IMG/VR virus record: IMGVR_UViG_2775506767_000005
Location: 1-64,000 of that record
Length of the DNA stretch: 64,000 nucleotides
Direction: 5' to 3' (one strand)
From: a virus
Taxonomy: Duplodnaviria; Caudoviricetes
The notes beneath the pieces are model-generated. The model did not search any database. It had not been told where the DNA came from and saw only the letters and a program-made list of their open reading frames with translations. Shown here one piece after another: positions 8,534 to 16,313 of the stretch (the stretch's first letter is position 1; each line of letters opens with the position of its first letter). A program made the position numbers and the translations under genes.

Positions 8534-8593
8534 TCGAGGTTGGCTTTCTAAATGAGGAAGGCGTGGGAACCGATTACGAGGCGAACGAATCCT

Positions 8594-8615
8594 CCTCCCT
8601 TGAGGGGGCTTTTTT
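8594..8615 (+). terminator. Intrinsic terminator
   Basis: ctccc-ttga-ggggg hairpin followed by a T tract. Confidence 0.6.
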
Positions 8616-8697
8616 ATGGACGTTTTGTCCATTAATTATGGACATTTCATCCATACTCATGGACGTTTTGTTCATTGATTATGGACGTTTTGTCCAT
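8616..8697. repeat. Four tandem copies of the 17-bp palindrome ATGGAC-N5-GTCCAT
   Basis: Copies start at 8616, 8638, 8659 and 8681 (period 21-22 bp). Copies 2 and 3 each have one arm mismatch. Confidence 0.9.
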
Positions 8698-8802
8698 TTT
8701 CACTTATATCTATTAGAGAATAAAAGAGAGAGTAATAAGAAAGAGGCCTAAAGACAAAAAGAACATAATGGGGTAGCTTGGAAAAGCATCCAAAGAGAGC
8801 CT

Positions 8803-9000
8803 ATGCGACCCCTGATCATTCTCACGATGTCCTTGATGGCCGTCCTTCCTGTGACAGCGGCCATTCGCTACTGCCCTATGAATGGGCGCCCTTATGACAC
8901 CTCCCATGGCTTTTACGTGGACGTCCCAGGAACGACCCAATACGTCAAGCCATCACGTCGACCGCGGCGCACATCGAACAACACCAGAACGACCCGGTAA
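8803..9000 (+). CDS. Small secreted or membrane hypothetical protein
   Basis: 65 aa with an N-terminal signal-like hydrophobic stretch. Confidence 0.45.
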   Translation: MRPLIILTMSLMAVLPVTAAIRYCPMNGRPYDTSHGFYVDVPGTTQYVKPSRRPRRTSNNTRTTR

Positions 9001-9008
9001 ACTATGGG

Positions 9009-9068
9009 TACGTTGACCCGGCAGCAGTCGGGTGCAGTCAGATCCGGGCCAAGCAACGGGGGCCGGAC
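9009..9068 (+). ncRNA. Glutamine-II riboswitch (Downstream-peptide RNA motif)
   Basis: CGTTG-A-CCCG(loop)CGGG-TGCA...TCCGGGCC-AAG-CAACG-GGGGGCCGGA. P1 CGTTG/CAACG, P2 CCCG/CGGG and a pseudoknot match the motif layout. Lies directly upstream of a YRG-motif ORF. Confidence 0.8.
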
Positions 9069-9084
9069 ACTGTGGAGACTTCCC

Positions 9085-9267
9085 ATGTCACCTCTCGCAA
9101 TTGCCAAGCGCATCGCACGTCGTCAGCAGCTCTTAGACGCTGCACAGATGACACACCTTCGCCAGACCGCCTATAGAGGCGTCAACACGACGGCACACCA
9201 GCCACCGACGAAGGCATACAAACAGCGGAAAGCATTGACCTATCGAGGCAACAGCTACAGCGCTTGA
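9085..9267 (+). CDS. DUF4278-type YRG-motif small protein
   Basis: 60 aa with two YRG motifs (TAYRGV, LTYRGNSY). GGAG ribosome-binding site at 9074. Confidence 0.75.
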   Translation: MSPLAIAKRIARRQQLLDAAQMTHLRQTAYRGVNTTAHQPPTKAYKQRKALTYRGNSYSA

Positions 9268-9273
9268 TCTCCT

Positions 9274-9293
9274 GGCCCTTCGGGGCCTTTTTT
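9274..9293 (+). terminator. Intrinsic terminator
   Basis: GGCCC-TTCG-GGGCC-T6. Confidence 0.85.
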
Positions 9294-9518
9294 ATTGGCT
9301 AGTTGCGCAGGAGCAGCTAGATCAGCTTCAGGCAGCCCTGAGAGGAGCCTGAGAGGCCTCCCAGGCGGCTTAAAAGACACTCTGGGGTAGTTTGTCTAAA
9401 TAAGCACTTAAGAGGCCGCTAGAGGCGCTCACAGGCCATGGCTTTAGAGCTCAGGCGCTGGCGAATCTGCTGCTCGGCCTGCCTTTCGCGGGAACCCTAG
9501 TCGGACACTGGGCGACCC

Positions 9519-10835
9519 ATGGCATTCACAAAAGCTGCTGAAGTTGCCAGCCTGGTCAAGCGTCACGTCTTGCCGGGTGTCGTCATCTCGCTAGGAGAGG
9601 CCCAGGGCATCTCCGGCATCGAAGTAGTCATCAAAGGTTTCTCCCATCCAGAGGATGGGATGTCTCGCGTCTGGCACATACATCTGCTCGGCCAGTCCGG
9701 GATGATGCTGGACCTGGTCATTAGGGGCCTGCGCAAGGCGGGATTTGAGATGTCGGGCTCTGCCCCGCTGATCCGAGGGAGGCTCACTCAAATCCTCAAC
9801 CGCGCTGAGGTTGCTGGGATGCGCCAGGCGGTCAGGGATGCAGAGCGCAACAAGAAAGAGGTCCTACAGAAAGCAGAGATCCAAGCGGCGGCGACGGTTG
9901 CTAACGAGACAAACAGCGAACTCGAGCAGCTAAAGGGGGAGGTAGACCGCCTTAAGGAATTAATCGAGGACATGGCTCTTCTGCCTGCTGCTCGTGGAGC
10001 GCGGGGGCCACAAGGTGCATCAGGAAAAGACGGCGTCAACGGGTCAGAGCTCGACCTTGACAACGCTTCTTTGAGCGATCTAGGGAACGTCTCGGATGAG
10101 AGGCCTCTCGAGAAAATGGTCCTGACGTGGACCGACAACATGTGGCGCCCTTCCAAGGTGCCGATCAGTCGGATCAGCAATATCACGCCTGGAGGCGGCG
10201 GCGGCGGAGGTGGCGGAGGTGGCGATGCAAGCCTGACCATCCAACAGCGAAGCCGTGACGACCTGAGCGCACCCCCAACGGGCACGATCGAAAACATCTC
10301 AACGCTGTCTTTCGATACAGAGTCCGGCTTCGAGGTTCAGGATCTAGGCAACGGCTCGCTCGAGGCGTTCATCAAGATGAACTCGACGTTCAACCCATGG
10401 CAGGTCGACGGCGAGACGACGCTCCAAGCGACGGGCGAGGAGCCAGTCGAGTTCGTGGGCGGCCCTGGTGTGACGATCACGACCGATGCGACCACAGACC
10501 CGAAGCAAATTATCTTCGAGGCCAGTGGCGGCGCGGGTGGCGGCATCCCAGAGGCTCCGCTCGACTCGCGCTACTACGTCAGATTCAACGGGACTTGGGT
10601 CGACCTGCAAGCAGCTCTAGCTCATCTGATGGTTGGCGACGGTGGCGCATTCAGGCCCGAAGGGGATGGCGGTGATTTCGCTGCGGGAACGTCCGTCACA
10701 ACGACAGACCAAGTCTTCGACGGTGGCGATTTCACTGCCGGCACCTCTGAGGCCACAGATGACCAAATCATCGAAGGCACAGATGTATCCAGCCCCTACT
10801 TCGGGACAACTACTGGCCCTGAAAACTACGGCTAA
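9519..10835 (+). CDS. Probable virion structural protein (coiled coil, short collagen-like stretch, poly-Gly)
   Basis: 438 aa with a GXY segment 'GARGPQGASGKDGVNG', an 11-Gly linker and repeated DGG.F near the C-terminus. GGAACCCTAG box at 9491. Confidence 0.65.
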   Translation: MAFTKAAEVASLVKRHVLPGVVISLGEAQGISGIEVVIKGFSHPEDGMSRVWHIHLLGQSGMMLDLVIRGLRKAGFEMSGSAPLIRGRLTQILNRAEVAGMRQAVRDAERNKKEVLQKAEIQAAATVANETNSELEQLKGEVDRLKELIEDMALLPAARGARGPQGASGKDGVNGSELDLDNASLSDLGNVSDERPLEKMVLTWTDNMWRPSKVPISRISNITPGGGGGGGGGGGDASLTIQQRSRDDLSAPPTGTIENISTLSFDTESGFEVQDLGNGSLEAFIKMNSTFNPWQVDGETTLQATGEEPVEFVGGPGVTITTDATTDPKQIIFEASGGAGGGIPEAPLDSRYYVRFNGTWVDLQAALAHLMVGDGGAFRPEGDGGDFAAGTSVTTTDQVFDGGDFTAGTSEATDDQIIEGTDVSSPYFGTTTGPENYG

Positions 10836-10870
10836 CGGAACCCTTACACGACGAGCAAGTCTCGAAAATT

Positions 10871-11155
10871 ATGCCAACCCCAACACCACGTAATCCGATC
10901 AGGCCGGCCCGCGGAAATTACGCGGACTTGCTGGCGAACATTCTCAGCCTTTATGAGGGCGAGCTTTGCTACGCGGTCGACCAGGACATCCTTTACGCAG
11001 TGGAGCAAGGCGCTTTACAGCCAGTCAATGAATTAGCAGTCCCAGGCTCTGACCCCTTGCTGACCAATATTCAAAACGCACAGCCAGGCGATTCCCTTAA
11101 CTACAACGGCAGTCAGTGGGTCAGCGGGGGGCCTCAAGACGGCGGAAACTTTTAG
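10871..11155 (+). CDS. Small fibre-associated protein (Mtd-N/hyaluronidase-N-like anchor domain)
   Basis: 'RPARG......L.EGELCYAVDQDILY' and a DGGNF end. Box at 10837. Confidence 0.55.
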   Translation: MPTPTPRNPIRPARGNYADLLANILSLYEGELCYAVDQDILYAVEQGALQPVNELAVPGSDPLLTNIQNAQPGDSLNYNGSQWVSGGPQDGGNF

Positions 11156-11209
11156 GAAGGCTTTGAGCTGGAAGCCTGAAGGGACCTGATCGATCGGTCT
11201 CTTTTTTTT

Positions 11210-12697
11210 ATGGCTAACCAAATCCGAATAAAGCGCAGGGCGAGCTCGGGCTCGGCAGGCGCCCCTGCATCACTCCTAAACGCAGAACTCGCTTACAACG
11301 AAGCTGACAACGTTCTGTATTACGGCTATGGCGACAACGGCTCAGGCGTTGCCACCTCCGTGGTCTCCGTTGCTGGCAACGGCAACAGCGTTTCACTGGG
11401 TACGACCCAGACGATCACTGGAGACAAAACGTTCTCGGGCCTCCTAGACGCCACGGGCACCTTCAAAATCGACGGAGTAGAGGTCACCGCTTCTGCTGCT
11501 GAAATCAACTATCTGGTCGGCGTAACGTCAGGCGTCCAGGCCCAGATTGACGGCAACGAAACTCATATAGACAACTTGGCCACCCTTTCTGGCGTTGCCA
11601 AAGACGGGGTCGACCTTGGCGCGTTTACTGGATCGACAATTGCTGATGACCTAACTATCAAGTCAGCCTTCCAGGCCCTGGAGACAGCCCTCGAGGACGG
11701 CTCAGGCCAGGTAACCGCTGATAGCGGAACTGCTGAGTACGTCAGCGGCAACCTCAACATCAACGGCGGCACAGGCCTCAGCACGACCGGCGACAACTCG
11801 CAGACATTGTCGATCGCTCTCGACAACACAGCCGTCACCGCTGCTGCCTATGGCACAGCCGATGCCGTCCCCTCCTACACAGTGGACGCACAGGGACGCT
11901 TAACCGCTGCCGCCGATGTCTCCATCGACATCGTCCACACACAGGTCTCCGACTTCGATGCAGGCGTACAGACCAACACCCTCGACAGCCTGGCTCAGCC
12001 TGTTGCTGCGGTTGTACTGAACGGACAGAAGATCACCGGCCTTGCCGACCCTGTGAACGCGCAGGACGCCGCAACGAAGGCCTACTGCGACGCCACTGCG
12101 AACGGCTTAGACGTCAAGGACTCCGTTCGTGCCGCTACGACCGCCAACGTCACTCTGAGCGGTACTCAGACCGTTGATGGCGTATCTCTGGCGTCTGGTG
12201 ACCGCGTGCTGGTTAAAGACAACACAGACGCAAGCGAGAACGGTATCTATGACGTCGTTGACGGTGGCGCGTGGGTTCGTTCTGCGGACGCCGACAACAA
12301 CCCCGGATCTGAGGTCACCTCAGGGATGTTCACCTTCGTTGAAGAAGGCACCAACTACGCCGACGCTGGCTTTGTCCTGCAGACGACCGGCGCAATCGTC
12401 CTCGACACCACCGACCTGGCTTTTGTTCAGTTCTCCGGCGCTGGTCAGATCACCGCTGGGAACGGCCTCGCCAAGAGTGGCAACACACTCGATGTGGGCA
12501 CTGCTGACGCAACTCGCATCGTCGTCAACGCTAATGACGTCGACCTGGCCACTCATGGCACCGCCGGCACCTACAACGGCCTGACCGTTGACGCCTACGG
12601 ACGTGCGAGCAGCTTTGTTCAGCCAACGACCATCGCTGCTTACGGGATCACCGACGGCCTGACGACAAGCTCCATCGTCGACGGCGGCACGTTCTGA
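11210..12697 (+). CDS. Virion fibre or decoration protein
   Basis: 'MANQIRIKR....AP..L..AELAYNE....LY' anchor, 'DAATKAYCD', 'SVRAATTAN.TLSG.QT.DGV.L..GDRVLVK....A.ENGIY' and a DGGTF end. Confidence 0.75.
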   Translation: MANQIRIKRRASSGSAGAPASLLNAELAYNEADNVLYYGYGDNGSGVATSVVSVAGNGNSVSLGTTQTITGDKTFSGLLDATGTFKIDGVEVTASAAEINYLVGVTSGVQAQIDGNETHIDNLATLSGVAKDGVDLGAFTGSTIADDLTIKSAFQALETALEDGSGQVTADSGTAEYVSGNLNINGGTGLSTTGDNSQTLSIALDNTAVTAAAYGTADAVPSYTVDAQGRLTAAADVSIDIVHTQVSDFDAGVQTNTLDSLAQPVAAVVLNGQKITGLADPVNAQDAATKAYCDATANGLDVKDSVRAATTANVTLSGTQTVDGVSLASGDRVLVKDNTDASENGIYDVVDGGAWVRSADADNNPGSEVTSGMFTFVEEGTNYADAGFVLQTTGAIVLDTTDLAFVQFSGAGQITAGNGLAKSGNTLDVGTADATRIVVNANDVDLATHGTAGTYNGLTVDAYGRASSFVQPTTIAAYGITDGLTTSSIVDGGTF

Positions 12698-12739
12698 TAG
12701 ATCCGTGAACCGAGGAACCCTAGTGCTCGGGATGGATCG

Positions 12740-12764
12740 GCCCTCGCCACTGCGGGGGCTTTTT
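12740..12764 (+). terminator. Intrinsic terminator
   Basis: GCCCTCGC-cact-GCGGGGGC-T5. Confidence 0.75.
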
Positions 12765-12823
12765 CTTTGCAACGGGAATCCTAGTTCGAACAGGCCTAGA
12801 TAGGCCGCAACACTGACGCCAAA

Positions 12824-13138
12824 ATGGCCAACACTGTCAAGCTAAAGCGCTCTGCAGTAGCGGGAAAAGTCCCGTCGACAGGGGATCTTGCCCTGGGCGA
12901 ATTAGCTCTCAATACGTTTGACGGCAAGGCATACATCAAAAAATCAGCCAACGGTACGGATGAGGTCATTGAGATCGGCTCAGCCAGTACGCCGATGGTG
13001 CTCACTACCAAGCGCGTGATCGACGAGAACGTGGTTGTGGCTAGCGGTGAAAATATTCTCAGCATCAACGACGTCACTGTCGCAAATGGATTCTCGGTTG
13101 AGGTCCCGACAGGTAGTACGTGGATCGTTGTGGGGTAG
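12824..13138 (+). CDS. Small fibre-associated protein
   Basis: 'MANTVKLKRSAVAGKVP...LALGELALNTFDGK.Y' anchor domain. Confidence 0.7.
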   Translation: MANTVKLKRSAVAGKVPSTGDLALGELALNTFDGKAYIKKSANGTDEVIEIGSASTPMVLTTKRVIDENVVVASGENILSINDVTVANGFSVEVPTGSTWIVVG

Positions 13139-13221
13139 TCCGGGTTCTGAAAGGAACAGGTAGACTAAAAACGTCCTTTACACAGTTCTTGTCTCCAAAA
13201 CGGACGGTTTAAGTAACCCCT

Positions 13222-13250
13222 AGGGCGGCCTGAGAACCCGCTCTTTTTTT
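13222..13250 (+). terminator. Intrinsic terminator
   Basis: AGGGCGG-loop-CCGCTCT followed by a T tract. Confidence 0.6.
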
Positions 13251-13306
13251 ATCGTCTTTCGGAAGCCTTGGGCGACCGGGCAGATGCCCACCGCGAAAAT
13301 CGCCTT

Positions 13307-16231
13307 ATGGCATTCGGGAAGATTTACGTCGACGAGGTTATCGACTCAAATGGAGACACTCTCGACATTTCAGAACTCACCTCCAACGAGGCGACTAATG
13401 CAGCTAAGGGCTACTTATCAGCAGCAGACAAGGCCAAGCTTGATGGTGTTGCTGCAGGTGCAGAGGTCAACGCAGTCACAAGCGTTAACGGCTCGACGGG
13501 TGCCGTCACTGTTCAGGGCTTCTCAGGCGATTATGCAGACTTAACTAATAAGCCAACAATTCCAACAATTGACCCAAATACTGTTATCGACAGCGGCTAT
13601 GTAGCAACTGACGAGAACTTCACAACGTCAGACCACAGCAAGCTGGATGGCATTGAGACTGCAGCAACAGCAGACCAAACCAAAGCAGATATTGATGCAC
13701 TAAATATTGACGCCGATACCCTTGATGGACAGCATGGTTCTTATTATACTGGTTATACAGACACGGCAGTTGCGGGTCTCGTATATTCTTCCCCAGCCAC
13801 TTTAGATACATTAAATGAATTAGCAGCAGCTTTAGGGGATGACCCTAATTTTGCCACTACAACTGCCAACAGTATTGGCACTAAGTTGTCAAAATCTGGC
13901 GGTCAGATGACGGGGAATATAACGTTCTCTGGGTCACAAACTGTTGATGGTAGAGATTTATCTGCTGATGGGGCCAAGCTGGATGGCGTTGCCGCAGGTG
14001 CCCAGGTCAACGCGGTCACATCGGTGAACGGCGCAACTGGCGCTGTCACGGTCCAGGGCTTCTCTGGCGCGTACGCCGACCTAACAGGCAAGCCAACGTT
14101 AGGCACTGCAGCAGCTACAGCATCCAGTGCCTACGCCACATCGACCCAGGGTGCTACGGCCGACAGTGCTCTACAGCCAGGGGACGCCAACCCTGTGATG
14201 GTTTCTGCTGTTGGAGATCTCCCCAGCGCATCATCGAATCATGGAGCAGTGATTCATGTCCACAATGAGGGCGCGATGTACTTCGCTCACTCAGGCTCAT
14301 GGCACAAGCTGCAGAACGAGTCCTCGGCTTTCTCTGGGTCATACAGCAACCTGAGCAATAAGCCGACGATCATTGCGAACACCTTCAGCACGTCAGCACC
14401 CTCATCACCTAGTACCGGTGATCTTTGGGTAGACACAACAGACACCCCTCCGGTCCTGAAGTCGTACAACGGCACAGCATGGGTTGCTGTTGGATCTGCA
14501 GGTTCCTCAACGAGCGCACCTGTGATCAATGGCGTGACGTTGTCAGAAGTTGACAGCTCAGGTGATCGCTTCACTAGCGAGTCCTTCACTGTCGCGGTCA
14601 ATATGCTCGACGATGGCTCTCCTATCAGTCAGAAGGGCGTCAAGGGCAAGGTCACCGCAACATTCGAGCAGTTCCCAGTAAGTAACGCTATTACGGCTGG
14701 GACGGTATCTACTTCCCAGACTAGTGAGGGCAATACGACTAAAGATAGTTCAACCAACCTGACACACAACGAGAGTACGGGGGCAGTCTGTTTCAACGTC
14801 GTAGACACAAGCACTAATTCGGTTAGGTGCTTTATGTGGTATCCCGAGGGCAGCGGTAGTAGCTACGACGATATGTTAGAGAACAGCGGGAAAGATCTGT
14901 TAGCTTATACCAGCGTCGATAATGACTTTTACGGCACCGGTGAATACAAGCAGGGATTAGCCGGTGTGCAAAATAGATTGGGCACCTGGGTAAATATTAT
15001 GGGCAGGCACAACAATGTACAAGCGGCCTTCGAGGTGTCCGGGCTTCTGTCGGGCAACCCTGTAAGGTCAAACAAGAACGAAGTGTCGACAGATGCCTAT
15101 ATATATGTTTCTAATGGAAGATCGTTTACTCGATATGATTTAAACCGACAAAATGGTATTAGTTTGTTTTTGGGAGGCGTTCCCTATAGCGGTGGTGGCG
15201 GCCCATACTTCATGGAAACCTTGAGCGATAGGATATTCATTGTCTCACAAAGTAGCACCAGCGGTTCTCTTTGGACTAAAGAGCTAACAGACGCTGCCAG
15301 TGCCAACTTGTCCAACGGCAACTACATTTACCAAGATAATAATCAATCGGGCTTCAACCGGTACGACATAACGGGCTGCATTTTTCACAAAGGAAAAGTA
15401 TTAATAAGTAAGGGCATTAACGGGGGCGGTATTTACGCATTTACCCCAGGCACCTCAAGTCCTACGATTTCAGGCATACCAGCGGCACCTTCTGGTTATC
15501 AAAATACTTACGGTGCGATCTGGGAAGATCCCCTTGGCAATTTAATACTTAGGACAACACACTTTAGCACCGATTGGTCGACTCAAGCTGCTTTCTACTA
15601 TTCGAGTAACAACAACGGCGCGACATGGGTTGCTAATCACTACCCATACGATTCAAACTTTAATTATGAGTATTGGACCCCAGACCTCTACCTATACGGA
15701 CGGCGTCAAAAGTCCAAAAGAATAAAAGGCAGCGGCTTATCTGCCACTGTGACAAAGCAGGTCTACACAATACGCTCTCAGACGCTCACCGTCACAAATG
15801 GAGCAGATCTGAGTTCCCTGAACGTTGGAGACATCGTTAGACCGCCCGGCGAGACGGATCCACTTAAGTACTCAAAGATTGATTCAATCTCTTCGAATGG
15901 CAATGGGACGACAAACGTTGTAGTCAATGGCTTCAATGATTTCGCTGTAGGCGATGTAATTGAGTCCACCGCATCCACCGGATCTGCTACCTCGACGAGG
16001 TTCCTCGTGATCAATGCTCAGGGCGCCATTACGACCCATCAAGTCAGCGACCCTGGCTTTGTAACTCAAGGCCCTGGAGCGTCACACACGATCACGTTCC
16101 CTGCGACGTTCCCTACAGGTAACTCTCCAGATGATGAGCTACCTAGTGGAACAACAATCCAGGTCGACGTCCAGGCCGTCAACTCTGAGGCCTCTGACAC
16201 CTACGCATCCAACACCCTCACCCCTTCCTAA
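13307..16231 (+). CDS. Tail fibre / receptor-binding protein 1
   Basis: 974 aa from ATG at 13307. 'TLDTLNELAAALGDDPNFATT' fibre motif, 'KLDG' repeats and an Asp-box-like 'SSNNNGATW'. Paralog of 16314..19184. Confidence 0.85.
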   Translation: MAFGKIYVDEVIDSNGDTLDISELTSNEATNAAKGYLSAADKAKLDGVAAGAEVNAVTSVNGSTGAVTVQGFSGDYADLTNKPTIPTIDPNTVIDSGYVATDENFTTSDHSKLDGIETAATADQTKADIDALNIDADTLDGQHGSYYTGYTDTAVAGLVYSSPATLDTLNELAAALGDDPNFATTTANSIGTKLSKSGGQMTGNITFSGSQTVDGRDLSADGAKLDGVAAGAQVNAVTSVNGATGAVTVQGFSGAYADLTGKPTLGTAAATASSAYATSTQGATADSALQPGDANPVMVSAVGDLPSASSNHGAVIHVHNEGAMYFAHSGSWHKLQNESSAFSGSYSNLSNKPTIIANTFSTSAPSSPSTGDLWVDTTDTPPVLKSYNGTAWVAVGSAGSSTSAPVINGVTLSEVDSSGDRFTSESFTVAVNMLDDGSPISQKGVKGKVTATFEQFPVSNAITAGTVSTSQTSEGNTTKDSSTNLTHNESTGAVCFNVVDTSTNSVRCFMWYPEGSGSSYDDMLENSGKDLLAYTSVDNDFYGTGEYKQGLAGVQNRLGTWVNIMGRHNNVQAAFEVSGLLSGNPVRSNKNEVSTDAYIYVSNGRSFTRYDLNRQNGISLFLGGVPYSGGGGPYFMETLSDRIFIVSQSSTSGSLWTKELTDAASANLSNGNYIYQDNNQSGFNRYDITGCIFHKGKVLISKGINGGGIYAFTPGTSSPTISGIPAAPSGYQNTYGAIWEDPLGNLILRTTHFSTDWSTQAAFYYSSNNNGATWVANHYPYDSNFNYEYWTPDLYLYGRRQKSKRIKGSGLSATVTKQVYTIRSQTLTVTNGADLSSLNVGDIVRPPGETDPLKYSKIDSISSNGNGTTNVVVNGFNDFAVGDVIESTASTGSATSTRFLVINAQGAITTHQVSDPGFVTQGPGASHTITFPATFPTGNSPDDELPSGTTIQVDVQAVNSEASDTYASNTLTPS

Positions 16232-16237
16232 GACATC

Positions 16238-16258
16238 AGGGGCTTCGGCCCCTTTTTT
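16238..16258 (+). terminator. Intrinsic terminator
   Basis: GGGGC-TTCG-GCCCC-T6. Confidence 0.85.
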
Positions 16259-16313
16259 ATTGCTTATTCGGAAGCCTTTTGCGACCGGGCAGATGCCCAC
16301 AGCTCACCCGCAA

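Noticed and set aside
8616-8697. CRISPR array or mini-array
   Set aside because: Repeats are 17 bp with only 4-5 bp between them. There are no spacer-length unique sequences and no cas genes.
8530-8751. 73-aa ORF in the track
   Set aside because: It runs through a terminator, the palindrome array and the AT-rich tract, giving a low-complexity translation. Probably spurious.
10190-10225. GGC/GGA/GGT repeat as a contingency locus or G-quadruplex switch
   Set aside because: It is an in-frame poly-Gly linker using mixed synonymous codons, so slippage would not change the frame.
13141-13160. Hammerhead or other self-cleaving ribozyme
   Set aside because: CTGAAAG is not the CUGANGA core, and there is no matching GAAA/cleavage-site geometry.
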